Shown here: positions 12,765-23,392 of the stretch, one piece after another
Layout: each line of letters starts with the position of its first letter
Position numbering within the stretch: position 1 is the stretch's first letter
NCBI GenBank assembly: GCA_000004985.1
Contig: GG738887.1
DNA length: 64,000 bases
Reading direction: 5' to 3' (one strand)
From: Naegleria gruberi
Taxonomy: Eukaryota
Notes under the pieces: generated by a model
Told to the model about the DNA's origin: nothing
The model's input: only the letters and a program-made list of their open reading frames with translations
The model's database searches: none
Made by a program: the position numbers and the translations under genes

Positions 12765-13210
12765 CTTTGAAAATTGTTATTATTGTTGTACAAGTGATGA
12801 TAAAGTAATCAGATGATGAATAATTTAATGATGATTTTTTTTTTGATTTTAATTGATATGTGTGTGATCCGAAAGTTAAAAATCATCAACAGACAAATTG
12901 TTTTTAAATTAATTGGCGATGCGACAATGTGAACTTTTTAATACATGATAACAATTCAAGAGTGTTCCAATTTCATTTTAATAGGTGTTTTTTGTAATAT
13001 TGGGAATGTAACTTGGAAATTGGTTGTTTAATTTTAAAACATTTATGCTAAGTCAGAATTTTTTAAATTCATTTACAATACAATATATTTAAAGTTAAAT
13101 AATAATTTAAAAAAAACTGTAGATGGAGTGCGTGTAGATTCTCAAACAAGAATATATTCAGTAATTTTACATTTATATCTTTTCAAAAGAATCAATTATT
13201 ATTAAAAAAA

Positions 13211-13777
13211 ATGTCATCACCAACATCACTAAATAACAAATTAAAAGTCCTATCACTCTATCGTCAAATATTAAAATTAGGAAATGAATGGGAAAAACAC
13301 TGTACCAAACAAATGACAAGTTTTCATAAGAATATCTATGAAAGACAATTTATTACATTTGAACAAGATGCACAAGATTATCATAAAGGTGATGAAGAAA
13401 TTGAACGTGAAAAGGAATATATTATTGATCAGGCAAAATCACAATTCCGATCCTTTAAAAATTTAACCAATCCAGAAGAAATTAAATCTAAAATTGAATT
13501 AGCTGAAAAAAGACTTTTATTAACTCTTCATTATGGAATTCCATTTGAAAGACCTGAACATGTAAATATTTATGATAACTTTTGGAAAGGTCAAATAGAT
13601 CCTACTTCAACAGATTATTCAGAATTTAATAGTAGTAGTACTACTACCACTACCACTACATTCAATGAATCAAATATTCATTCAATGAAAGGTTTAAATC
13701 CAAATTATGATGAATTAGAACCTAAATTTCCAACTCATAAATCTCTAGATTTAGATGAAGATGAAAATTGGAAATAA
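13211..13777 (+). CDS. LYR-motif (Complex1_LYR-like) family protein
   Basis: N-terminus 'LKVLSLYRQILKLGNEW' carries an L-x-x-LYR-x-x-LK motif. It is small and basic with an acidic/Thr-rich tail. Confidence 0.45.
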   Translation: MSSPTSLNNKLKVLSLYRQILKLGNEWEKHCTKQMTSFHKNIYERQFITFEQDAQDYHKGDEEIEREKEYIIDQAKSQFRSFKNLTNPEEIKSKIELAEKRLLLTLHYGIPFERPEHVNIYDNFWKGQIDPTSTDYSEFNSSSTTTTTTTFNESNIHSMKGLNPNYDELEPKFPTHKSLDLDEDENWK

Positions 13778-13909
13778 TTACATTCATTACCACCATTAAT
13801 ACCACTCTCACCAATACTATCACCACCTGAAATTGTTTCTCAATCTCCCACTTGTTTAATAATAGAATTTATATATATTATACTAATACTCCTACCACTA
13901 CCACTACTA

Positions 13910-15220
13910 CTATTCATGTACTGATGCATTCACTCCATTATTTCCTAAATTATTTTGATGTAGATGATTATTACCACCCTTAATTATAGAATTTACAATA
14001 ATTTCAACATCTTGTATTCTATTTTGAATAGCTTGTAAATGTTTATACTCTTCTGAAATATTCTTTTCAAGTCTATCTGTAATAAATTTAGGTTGTTCAG
14101 TTGGTTTAAATTTTCTAGTTTCCATACAACGTTGATGTAAATTTGTAATACTCATTATAACTTGTGAATATAATTGTGATAATTTTCTATTGGCTAAATC
14201 TTGATGTGAATAGGCTGATTCTAAATTATAGGATTTAGTTTTCAATTTTTCTAATAATAATCTCTTTTGTTGATTTTCAACATTTAATTCATATAATCTA
14301 TTTTGTGCTTGTTTTTGATAGGTTTTAAATTCTGTTTGAGTTTGCTTAATTAATTGTTTGTAATTTTCTTTTTGATTTTCTAAATCAATTATTGATTCAT
14401 GTAATATTTCATATCTTTTTAATATTTTATCCATATCATCTTCAAATGTATTATTATCATGTCTAGCTACTATATTCAGATAATTTTGAAATAAATGAAT
14501 TTTTTTCAATTCTTCTTCCTTTTTCTTTTTTTCATCTGTTAATTGAGTTATATTTTTAGTAAGGCTAACAATTTGTTTCATCTTTTCTTCATTTTGATTT
14601 TGTTCTTCTTTTACTTTTTTATAATACTTGTCAATTTTAGATTCATTAATTTGATTAAATTGTTTCATATCTTTTTGACTATTATCTAATTCTTGTCTTC
14701 TTCTTGTTAATTCTAATTCTTGATCTTTCCATTTTGTATCATTAGATTCATATTCTTTCCTTTTTTGATCAAGCATTTGTTGAACTTTTTGTAGTTCAGC
14801 TTTTTTACTTTCCAATGCTGCATCAACATTATTAACTTTTTGTGGTTTTTTACCATTGGAAACAACACTCGGAAATTGTATTTGAGGTCCTCTCGTAATA
14901 AAGAATGAATCACCACCTTCATTAATGGCAGATATATCATTCAGATTAATAGCAGCAGAAGAAACAGCAGCTGATGATGAATTCATTAAATTAAGTTGAG
15001 ATGCATCTTTACGTTTCCTTATTATTGATCCTTTTCTTCCTTTACTATTAGCTCTATGTGATGATTTTGGATTAGTACTATCCTCTTCATCTTCTTCATT
15101 CTGATTATATTTAGTGATGGGTCCATCATGAGACACTCGGGGTGATGGAAGTGGATTTGATGTTGGCAAAAACACTGAACCTGCTCTAAAGTTACTAGTC
15201 ATATTATTGTTGTTATCCAA
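13910..15220 (-). CDS. Hypothetical coiled-coil protein (436 aa)
   Basis: Long uninterrupted ORF. The central ~250 aa are K/E/Q-rich with heptad periodicity ('LQKVQQMLDQKRKEYESNDTKWKDQELELTRRRQELD...'). The N-terminus is Ser/Pro-rich. Confidence 0.45.
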   Translation of the reverse strand: MDNNNNMTSNFRAGSVFLPTSNPLPSPRVSHDGPITKYNQNEEDEEDSTNPKSSHRANSKGRKGSIIRKRKDASQLNLMNSSSAAVSSAAINLNDISAINEGGDSFFITRGPQIQFPSVVSNGKKPQKVNNVDAALESKKAELQKVQQMLDQKRKEYESNDTKWKDQELELTRRRQELDNSQKDMKQFNQINESKIDKYYKKVKEEQNQNEEKMKQIVSLTKNITQLTDEKKKKEEELKKIHLFQNYLNIVARHDNNTFEDDMDKILKRYEILHESIIDLENQKENYKQLIKQTQTEFKTYQKQAQNRLYELNVENQQKRLLLEKLKTKSYNLESAYSHQDLANRKLSQLYSQVIMSITNLHQRCMETRKFKPTEQPKFITDRLEKNISEEYKHLQAIQNRIQDVEIIVNSIIKGGNNHLHQNNLGNNGVNASVHE

Positions 15221-15685
15221 AAAAGATCAGTCCTGATTAATTGATTAATGATGATGATAATTATATTGATGATGTTTCTTATTCTTAAAGTTCACTACGA
15301 TAGCATAAAAAAAGGTTCCTTGTTGTTGTTGTGTTGTTGAGGTGTAAGGAAGTGTAGGGTAATTTTTTTTTAAATAAGATATGCTCAAACGTTTAACTAC
15401 AAATAATTTGGCGGGGGAAAATCGGTTAGAAATCCATCACCACTTAATATCCATGATAATTATCATCAGCCAACTCTGAGAGTTTATCTTAATAACAACA
15501 CAACTATATACCCTTGCTATTCAACAATCCATTTAATGAAATTCATTTGATTGACTTGGTGTGTTTGTTATAATTGTTAAGACTAGCTAAATTTACCTCA
15601 ATGATTACATTATTCACTGTAAACAATTTGCGTACATTTAATAACTTTATAAGGAAGATTCCTAATTTGTAAACTAGTTAAAAAA

Positions 15686-16396
15686 ATGAGCAAATATACA
15701 TTACTTGTTCTTTTATTCATATTGTTATCTCCTCCTCATCAATTTATTCATCATCATTTATTTAATTATCATTCCAACAATTCTAATAATAATAATAATA
15801 TAAATAGTAATAATAATAATAATAATAATAATATAAATAACATGAATAATATAAATAATAATTTAATAGAATGTAAAGAAATTAATTTATCATTATCACC
15901 ATGTTTAATGAATGAATATAATAAATATGATTATTTAAAAATAGAAAATAAAAGTGAAATATTAAATTATATAAATAATAATGAATATATAAATAATAAT
16001 AATTTAATTGAATGTATTTCAATAGTTGAACATCCATTATATTTAAAAGAATGTGAAATAATATATTTAAATAATATAATATATGATACATGTCATTTAT
16101 CATCAACATTTAAATATTTAAAATGTTATAATAAACAATGTGTACCATGTATTAATAATAGTGTTTATATTAATAATGGTTTATATTGTTATAATTTTAA
16201 TTATATTTCAAATTATATTGGTTGGAATAATTTAGATAAATTATTATTACTTTGGATTATTTTTATTTCTTTATTATTATTTTATTTATTTACTTATTTA
16301 GTAATTAATTATTTTAAATATAATAATAGACATTTTAAAAGACAATATCAAATGTATATATATGATTTTATTATAAATAAAATTAATAAATATTAA
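15686..16396 (+). CDS. Hypothetical Asn-rich, Cys-containing protein with N-terminal signal-like and C-terminal TM segments
   Basis: 236-aa ORF. The hydrophobic start 'MSKYTLLVLLFILL' suggests a signal peptide. There is a long poly-N tract, spaced Cys residues, and a C-terminal TM 'LLLWIIFISLLLFYLFTYLVI'. Strong low-complexity bias lowers confidence. Confidence 0.3.
   Translation: MSKYTLLVLLFILLSPPHQFIHHHLFNYHSNNSNNNNNINSNNNNNNNNINNMNNINNNLIECKEINLSLSPCLMNEYNKYDYLKIENKSEILNYINNNEYINNNNLIECISIVEHPLYLKECEIIYLNNIIYDTCHLSSTFKYLKCYNKQCVPCINNSVYINNGLYCYNFNYISNYIGWNNLDKLLLLWIIFISLLLFYLFTYLVINYFKYNNRHFKRQYQMYIYDFIINKINKY
15783..15838. repeat. Imperfect (AAT)n microsatellite encoding a poly-Asn tract
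   Basis: Directly visible 'aataataataataat...' run inside the CDS above. Confidence 0.8.
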
Positions 16397-16527
16397 ATCT
16401 TTTTTAAACCTTTTTCTTCCATAATTACTTTCTAATAATTGTTATCATTTCAATCCAATATATAATAATAATAATAAAAATAATAATAATATTATATAAG
16501 GATGATAATTAATAATTTTAAATAATA

Positions 16528-16878
16528 TTAATTTGTATTATTATTATTATCATTATTTTTATGTATATATAATTCAGGAGAGTATAATCTTTTATCAAAT
16601 AATTGATAAGCGTGTTCAGGTAGAGTAGTTAATTTCTTTAAAAAAGGTAAATCATGAGTTAACATATTTGATAATAATTGTTGTTGTTCTTGTTCTGTTC
16701 CGAAGAGTGATACTACTGAAAAGGCTTCTTTAACATTGTGTGCAAATTTTGATCTCATAGGAAGTGGATATTTATATTTCAGACGAAGTAATTCCCGAAG
16801 TAATGTATATGATTCACGTGTTGTTTTAGGTAATTGAGAATATGATGAATATTTATAAAGGAATTGTTTAGTTAACAT
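16528..16878 (-). CDS. Small hypothetical protein, possibly LYR-like or mitochondrial
   Basis: 116-aa ORF 'MLTKQFLYKYSSYSQLPKTTRESYTLLRELLRLKYKY...' with a basic, LYK/LLR-containing N-terminus. Annotation is weak. Confidence 0.3.
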   Translation of the reverse strand: MLTKQFLYKYSSYSQLPKTTRESYTLLRELLRLKYKYPLPMRSKFAHNVKEAFSVVSLFGTEQEQQQLLSNMLTHDLPFLKKLTTLPEHAYQLFDKRLYSPELYIHKNNDNNNNTN

Positions 16879-17397
16879 TTTTTTTAATTAATTTATATTT
16901 ATTATTTGAAGAGATGATTAATTTGATTGAAGTAAAAAGTTTGAAGAAATTAGATGAATATTTTAGGCTTTCACGTTCGAGTTTTAAATATCACGTTACT
17001 GGTTTTATGTTGAATGAAGAGCAAAGGCTTGGTAAATCAATTTGTTCAAACTCAATAAGGCTTGTTGTCCTCCCCATAGGCTAAGCAGCATAGGAGTTTT
17101 GAGTGAAGTTTGGAATTGATTGATGAACACCAAATCTACCCTCAATACTGAAAACACCAAATTGAGAATTATTCAACAACCTCCTCATACGTGCCACACA
17201 CATCTTAATTGGTCCGAAAATGGTTGTTTTCATTCAGGCTGGTGTGATGATCACGCTCAACAAGAAGCAACTGAAAGAATTTATAATTGTACAAAATGAT
17301 GGTACTTTCCTCATTAGAGAAAATTTTATCAATACACAACTTGTAAAAAAACCCCTAAAATCCATCCACACATTTTTGTACAGAATCTATCCACAAG

Positions 17398-19125
17398 ATG
17401 ACTAAAAAGAAGGAGAAAAAGGTTGAAGAAAAGAAAGTGGTGGTAGAAGAAAAGAAACCAGAGCCTGAAAAACCTAAAAAGTCCTTAACACCATCATTCT
17501 TCTCAAGGAAAAAGAAGGATGATAAGAAGCAAGATGCCCAAACACCATCAACTCCAGGTTCTTCACAAATCTTTGAACAACAACCAACAACACCAAGAGA
17601 CGCAACAAGTAGTGAACAAACACCTGTAGTATTATCTTCCGATAATCATTTACTTGAAGATACAACAACTCAAGCCTCCACAACTCTTCAAAGTGATGAA
17701 GTTTCTACTACTTCAGGAACAACAACAACTGATGATAGTATGCTCAATAGTACAAGTGATGTTCCTGTTATTACAAATAATGAACCAATTTCATCATTAG
17801 AATTAATTAATACAACCACAACTGTAATGACTGAACAATATCAAGAAAATAATTTGGGTGATTCTGTTCAATCTATTGATACTACATTAACTTCAAGTCA
17901 AATTAATGATTCAATGCTTGCTTCTGTTACAAGTGTAGAATCAAGTCCAGCAACTCCTGTTGATGAAAAGAAGGAAGAAGAAACACCAGTTCAACAAGAA
18001 ACTCAACCAGTAGTTGTTGAAACTATTGTAGAAGAAAAGAAGGAAGAAATTGTTGTTGTAGAGACCACTCCAGAAGTAGTTGTTGATGAAAAGAAGGAAG
18101 AATCAGTTGTTACTGAAACTACACCAACTAGTCCAGTTGTTGTTGAAGAAAAGAAGGAAGTTGAAGTTGTTCCAGAATCTGTAGTTTCCGAAAAGAAGGA
18201 AGAAACACAAGAAACTCCAATTGTTGAAGACAAGAAGGAAGTTGTTATTGAAACACCAGTTGTTGAAGACAAGAAGGAAGAAACACCAGTTGTTGTTGAA
18301 GAAACTCAACCAGTTGTTGAAACTGTTGTAGAAAAGAAGGAAGAAGAAACACCAATTGAATCTACACCAGCTGTTACTGAATCACCAGTTGAAACAATTA
18401 TTGTAGAAGAAACTCAACCAGTTGTTGTTGAAGAAAAGAAGGAAGAAATTGTTTCCGAAAATGTTGAAACTGTTGTTGCTGAAACAACTCCAGTTCAACA
18501 AGAAGTTACTGAAGTTAGTGAAGAAAAGAAGGAAGAAACACCAGTTGTTGTTGAAGAATCTCAACCAGTTATTGAAGAAAAGAAGGAAGAATCAGTTAAG
18601 GAAGATCATGAAGCAATTTTGGAAAAGGCTTTGGAATCTACTAGTATTGAATCAATTCCAGAACCTGTTGTTGAACAACCAACTCCAGTTACTGAAACTG
18701 TTGTTGCTGAACCAACACCTGTTCCAGTTGTAACTGAAACAACTGAATCATCAGATGATCAAGATAAGAAGATTTTAGATCAAGTTACTTCTGAATTCTT
18801 TGCTGAAAAATCAGAACTCAGACAAATTGTTCATGATAAGGCTGAAACTGTTGATTTATATCATCAATATAGAGAACAAGATGAAAAGGAAAAGAAGAAA
18901 CTTTTGGAAAAACAAGAACAAACTAAGGCTGCTTCAACAAGTACTTCTACTACTACATCTACAACAACAACAGAAAAACCATCTAGTACTAAAACTACTA
19001 AAACAACTACTAAAACAACTATTGAGGAAAGTTCATCAGCTTTGAATTGGGTTATTGGTATCGGAGCTGTTGCTGCTAGTGCTGTGATAGGTATTTTCGC
19101 AGCTAAGAAATTCAAATTATTTTAA
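17398..19125 (+). CDS. Tail-anchored acidic repeat protein with about 12 tandem copies of a V-V-E-E-K-K-E-E-(T/I)-P motif and a C-terminal TM anchor
   Basis: 575-aa ORF. The repeats 'VVEEKKEE' recur at near-regular spacing. The C-terminus 'NWVIGIGAVAASAVIGIFAAKKFKLF*' is one hydrophobic helix followed by a short basic tail. Antisense and out-of-frame track ORFs in this region are repeat artefacts. Confidence 0.55.
   Translation: MTKKKEKKVEEKKVVVEEKKPEPEKPKKSLTPSFFSRKKKDDKKQDAQTPSTPGSSQIFEQQPTTPRDATSSEQTPVVLSSDNHLLEDTTTQASTTLQSDEVSTTSGTTTTDDSMLNSTSDVPVITNNEPISSLELINTTTTVMTEQYQENNLGDSVQSIDTTLTSSQINDSMLASVTSVESSPATPVDEKKEEETPVQQETQPVVVETIVEEKKEEIVVVETTPEVVVDEKKEESVVTETTPTSPVVVEEKKEVEVVPESVVSEKKEETQETPIVEDKKEVVIETPVVEDKKEETPVVVEETQPVVETVVEKKEEETPIESTPAVTESPVETIIVEETQPVVVEEKKEEIVSENVETVVAETTPVQQEVTEVSEEKKEETPVVVEESQPVIEEKKEESVKEDHEAILEKALESTSIESIPEPVVEQPTPVTETVVAEPTPVPVVTETTESSDDQDKKILDQVTSEFFAEKSELRQIVHDKAETVDLYHQYREQDEKEKKKLLEKQEQTKAASTSTSTTTSTTTTEKPSSTKTTKTTTKTTIEESSSALNWVIGIGAVAASAVIGIFAAKKFKLF
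17940..18600. repeat. Coding tandem repeat array (about 30-60 nt units, 'gaagaaaagaaggaagaa...ccagttgttgtt')
   Basis: Recurring 'gaaaagaaggaagaa' and 'ccagt(t/a)gttgttga' blocks are visible across this span. Confidence 0.7.
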
Positions 19126-19796
19126 ATTTTTGTAACAATATAGAGTAGTTTATTATATTATCCTATAATTATTTTGTTTTTAATAGATGACGATTATTAA
19201 TATCACATCTTGATTGAGTTTGTGGAATAAATTGTGAATGTTGAAAAGGATTCTGAAATAAAGCGAAAAAAAATTAACACACAAATACACGTGTTCACAC
19301 ATTAAATTTTCTACTTCGGAATATTAGTACTATATAGAATGGGTTTTCTTACAGAAATGATTGGCTTTATTGCCATTTCAAATTGGGGAAAGTATGTTTA
19401 TTATTTCTCTTATTATTTATTATTTATTATTATTATTATTATTAATTTAATTATTGATGACGATCGTCATCATTTACACTAATATTACAATTCTATAATA
19501 ATAATTCACAACAATTGATGACACAATTAAATAATATACATTTAAAATAGTTTATTCCGTACATTTGGTGGTAGTGCTTTCAGTTTCCATTCCACTAAAA
19601 TGTTTGTCTATGGTAAATATGTTAGGTAGGTGGAATTTATCAAATTTAAATAATATACATTTATTAATATTTAAAACAATGAATCAAAATATTATCAAAA
19701 TAATAATAATAATCAAAATAATATTAATAATCAAAATATATTATCAAATAATCAAAATAATAATTAAAAAGAGTAATTGAATATCCATTTGGAGAT

Positions 19797-20423
19797 ATGC
19801 GTACAATTCGATTAAATTTAAATAGTTATGAACATTTACGAAAACGTATTGCAGAATCACATGGACTTGATAATGAATCAATTCAACAAGTTTACAAATA
19901 TGAAGAAAATTGGTGGACTGAAAAAATTAATGATAATGAAGATGTAAGATCTCTAAGAGAATATCATATTTTATTATGGAGTAGAAGTACAGGTCAAATA
20001 CCATCACGTAATGTTAATTTAAAGGAAATTCCAGATGAAATTAATCAAGAAGCAGAAAATGAAGTTGTATCAACAAGTACAAGTGGTGAAGTTGAAAAGA
20101 AATCTGAAACTTATTCATCACATGATAAGACTGTTAGTGCTCTTTCACTTATTCATTCATTGAGAAAGAAGGATTCATTCACAGATGATGAATATCAAAT
20201 ACTGACTGAATTAATTTTACAACATGATCCATACATTTTATCTTTACATTCAAATTTCAAAGATGATGAAGATAGCTTTGTCATTTATGCAAAGAGAAAA
20301 GTAATTGATTATACTGTTGGTTTTCATGCAATTTCACTTCCACAAAATTTAAGACAAAAGAAGAATGTACAACGAGATGATAAGGATAAGGATGAAGAAA
20401 ATGATTTAAATGCTGTCTATTAA
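19797..20423 (+). CDS. Hypothetical protein (208 aa)
   Basis: Clean ATG-initiated ORF with coding-like composition and an acidic C-terminus. No family recognised. Confidence 0.4.
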   Translation: MRTIRLNLNSYEHLRKRIAESHGLDNESIQQVYKYEENWWTEKINDNEDVRSLREYHILLWSRSTGQIPSRNVNLKEIPDEINQEAENEVVSTSTSGEVEKKSETYSSHDKTVSALSLIHSLRKKDSFTDDEYQILTELILQHDPYILSLHSNFKDDEDSFVIYAKRKVIDYTVGFHAISLPQNLRQKKNVQRDDKDKDEENDLNAVY

Positions 20424-20444
20424 TTGTATTGTACATTAAATTTT

Positions 20445-20790
20445 CTATTGTAAAAGATTAGCTTCTTCTACTTGTGTGATGGCTGATACTGCATTCTTAT
20501 ATTCCTCTGTTTCAACAATGGATTCTTCTTCAACTTCATCAAGGAATTTCTTCAAATCAGAATAGGCTTGATTTAATCGTGATTGAGTATTAGGAATCAT
20601 TTGTTTTGTTTCCTCAATGACATTTTGTTGTTGTTTTAATTTGGTTTCTTCATCTCCTCTTTCTTGCATTCCTGTGAGTCTATCGGTTTCCTTTTGAAGT
20701 TCAATTTTGTAGTAATTATATTCCTTGAAACATCTATTACAGCTTCCAGTCTTGATTTTAAGTTTTTGTGTTGTAGCCTTTGTGGACGAT
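20445..20790 (-). CDS. TBCA: Tubulin-folding cofactor A (TBCA), 3' exon; initiator exon unresolved
   Basis: The translation '..ATTQKLKIKTGSCNRCFKEYNYYKIELQKETDRLTGMQERGDEETKLKQQQNVIEETKQMIPNTQSRLNQAYSDLKKFLDEVEEESIVETEEY...' matches the TBCA N-terminal 'QIKIKTG' motif, the TBCA central motif 'E.R(M/Q)MIPD.Q.RL..AY.DL...L' and overall TBCA length. The open frame extends upstream to ~20790 without an in-frame ATG, so a 5' micro-exon or non-canonical start is likely. Confidence 0.6.
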
Positions 20791-21020
20791 GATGAATAAA
20801 TTAAGTGAGGTGTAGTTGTTGTTTTGTTTTTTTTGATTTTGTATTTGGCGCCAAATACTTTACATTTTTAAACCTTAGCTGTTAATTGTATGGAAGGTAA
20901 AAAGCTAACAATATCCATACAACAAGGGAACTCGATTACAAACATTGTTCTACAACACCAACAACATGAAACACACAAATAATAATCAATTAAAAAAATA
21001 GAATCAAATTTTTTACAAGT

Positions 21021-22067
21021 TTAGATTTGAGTAAGATCTGGCTTTTCTGGATAAGTACAACCTTCATATTGAATAATAGTTGAGGAAGTATAAATACCAG
21101 CCTTAACACAATCATCAATAGGATAACCCTTAGCAAGATAGGACAAGAAACCACCAACGAAACTATCACCAGCACCATTAGTATCAACAATCATTTCCTT
21201 TGAAATCTTTCTAACTGGAACCTTATGTGATTGACCATTAATACCAATACAAACATCATCAGCACCTTGAGTGAAAACAACAATACGTTGTCTCTTTTCA
21301 TTCTTCTTTTCGAGGAGAGAAGTCTTGGCAGCAATTTCAGCAACATCAGTAAGATCCCATTTCATTGAAGTAGCAAATGTTCTAGCTTCTTCTTCATTAC
21401 CAAATAAATAATCAGCATATGGTAAAATTTGCATCAACTTGTCATTAAAGAATTGAATAATGAAAGGAGCAGATAAATTGAAAGAGAAAATCTTATCATT
21501 TTCACAAGCATGTTGAGCAGTAGCCAAAACACTTTCAAATGAAACAGTCAAGAAAAATCCAGAAATGTAATACATTTGAGCTTGTTTGACAGCAATTTGA
21601 ACTTGTTCACTTTGATAATGTTCAAATGAATACTTTTCAGCAGCACCCAAATTAGCAACAAGAGCTCTTTCATTATCACAAACTAAAACAGCACAAGTAC
21701 CAGTTGGCTTTTCCTTTGTAACTTGATAAATAACTTTCAATCCATCCTTTGTGACAGTATCTCTCATAATAGAACCAAATTCATCATCACCAACACAACC
21801 TAAAAAGACAGCAGTTGGAACACTTGATTGATTCATCCATTGGAAAACACGCATAACATTTTGTGTAGCACCACCAGCAATATATTTAACTGGATAATTA
21901 GAAACAAGTTCTCCATATAATGGAAGTTGTTTTTCACTAGCTAAACAAGCAGAACCATGAGGAGCTTCATACTTGTCAATAAATTCCTTTGGAACAACAG
22001 CAGAAATATCCAACAATGGGTTACACATACCCAACAAGAAGCCTTCTGGAACAGTGGTAGCAGACAT
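21021..22067 (-). CDS. adk: Adenosine kinase (ribokinase/pfkB family)
   Basis: 'GMCNPLLDISAVV', 'IAGGATQN', 'GCVGDDEFG' and the C-terminal 'DTNGAGDSFVGGFL' (pfkB signature DTxGAGD) match adenosine kinase. The start is set to the ATG of 'MSATTVPEGFLLG' (22067), which gives about 348 aa. The track ORF extends further 5' through a non-homologous low-complexity leader. Confidence 0.8.
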   Translation of the reverse strand: MSATTVPEGFLLGMCNPLLDISAVVPKEFIDKYEAPHGSACLASEKQLPLYGELVSNYPVKYIAGGATQNVMRVFQWMNQSSVPTAVFLGCVGDDEFGSIMRDTVTKDGLKVIYQVTKEKPTGTCAVLVCDNERALVANLGAAEKYSFEHYQSEQVQIAVKQAQMYYISGFFLTVSFESVLATAQHACENDKIFSFNLSAPFIIQFFNDKLMQILPYADYLFGNEEEARTFATSMKWDLTDVAEIAAKTSLLEKKNEKRQRIVVFTQGADDVCIGINGQSHKVPVRKISKEMIVDTNGAGDSFVGGFLSYLAKGYPIDDCVKAGIYTSSTIIQYEGCTYPEKPDLTQI

Positions 22068-22505
22068 TTTGAAATGATGAAGAAAATGGGTCCTAGTATG
22101 AAATGAAGGTATTTTTTTAAAAACGAAAAAATCAAATTTTCCAGCACGACAAGTTGAACATTGAATATTTTTTATGCTGGTGATGGTGAAGGAAGCAGTG
22201 GTTAGAGTGGATAACGATGATGAACAACAAGAGAGCAATGAAGAGGAGGATGATATTATTGGTGACAATTTTTTCATATGTTTTGCTCTAACATTGAAAA
22301 GAAGTTGTTGTTTTTTTAAATATATAGGTGAGAATGATGATCCATATATTGATATCCAATGAAATTTATTGAAATAAGAATCAAATAAGGCTTTTGAATT
22401 TATATTCAAAGCCTTTGATGAGTCATCAAATAAGATGCAACAACACAACTTTAAAAAAAAGCCTTCTTTCTAACCAACTGTTCTCCTGTAATCATTTTCA
22501 GCATT

Positions 22506-22898
22506 ATGGCAACACCTATTGAATCATTAAATTCAGTATTTGTTTATTATGTTGATAAGAATACATATCCCCACAAGGAAATAATAGATGATGATGAATC
22601 TCCTTCTAGTCCAACTATTGCCATAGAGGAAGGAGGAGGAGGATCATCATTGTCATCATCATCATCATCATCATCATCTGCAGCATTGAATAGATCGGGG
22701 AGTGCTTCACCACCTCCTTTTAATTTAACTGAAGTGATGAATACATCATATCCATATTTTCATAATTCAAAATTTCAAATCGGAAGTTCATTGATGGTAC
22801 ATTCATATTCTTCATTTCCTGTTGGAGTTTCAATATCAAAAATAGAGGAAGGAAGATTTGGAAATTCATTATTTGTAGTTTTATTTGGTAGGTTTTAA
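22506..22898 (+). CDS. Small hypothetical protein, or first exon of one
   Basis: 130-aa ATG ORF with a (TCA)n-encoded poly-Ser tract. It may continue via a GTAGGT donor near its end. Weak. Confidence 0.25.
   Translation: MATPIESLNSVFVYYVDKNTYPHKEIIDDDESPSSPTIAIEEGGGGSSLSSSSSSSSSAALNRSGSASPPPFNLTEVMNTSYPYFHNSKFQIGSSLMVHSYSSFPVGVSISKIEEGRFGNSLFVVLFGRF
22644..22679. repeat. (TCA)n microsatellite (about 12 units)
   Basis: Directly visible 'tcatcatcatcatcatcatcatca'. Confidence 0.8.
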
Positions 22899-23303
22899 AA
22901 AGATTGGAATATTGATGAAAATTTATTTTGATCAATTAATATTATAATATGAATGGATGATTAAATATATATTCTAAAATATCATGTTAATAATAATTTC
23001 ATCATCCTATACCTAGGTATTACTCGTAGAAAAAAATGGTTAGGATCAATTTATACTGAATATATACAAAATCAAGCCTGTAATTTAAATGAAATTGCAC
23101 AACCCGGGGAAGAATTTACTTCCGCCATTTCTGTTTTTCTTTCCAAGAAGCACAATACAGATACTGAGAAATCAACAAATCATCAGTTTCCAGTGTAATA
23201 TAGGTAACATTCATTGCTTTCATTGTGTTTGTGCAAAGCAGGGTCAAGAAATAACCAATGTCTCAAAATTCGAAATTTGCCTTAATAATTTTCTGAGCAT
23301 AAG

Positions 23304-23392
23304 GGGTGGTTAGCTCAGCGGTAGAGCACCGGATTGCAAAGATATTTGCAGCAGACATCCGATGGTCACGTGTTCGATCCACGTACCACCCT
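23304..23392 (+). tRNA. tRNA-Cys (anticodon GCA) with a 17-nt intron 3' of anticodon position 37
   Basis: Acceptor stem gggtggt/accaccc. D-arm gctc-agcggta-gagc. Anticodon stem ccgga/tccga (one C.A mismatch). Anticodon loop 'ttGCAa[agatatttgcagcagac]a', with the intron containing 'tgcag', complementary to the anticodon region. T-arm acgtg-ttcgatc-cacgt. Discriminator t, no encoded CCA, and a 'cttcctttta' T-run just downstream. Confidence 0.75.

Noticed and set aside
17110-17160. Possible C/D-box snoRNA (TGATGA ... CTGA about 30 nt apart) in the 5' region of the repeat-protein gene
   Set aside because: The boxes are too close for a complete C/D snoRNA. There is no terminal stem or guide complementarity I could identify.
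18003-19115. Six overlapping sense and antisense ORFs inside the VVEEKKEE repeat gene
   Set aside because: They are alternate-frame and antisense readings of a purine-rich tandem repeat (K/E repeats translate to F/L/N-rich strings). There is no independent coding signal.
23089-23313. 74-aa ORF overlapping the tRNA-Cys 5' end
   Set aside because: It runs into the tRNA gene and has no coding periodicity. Its GC-richer flank is better explained as non-coding.
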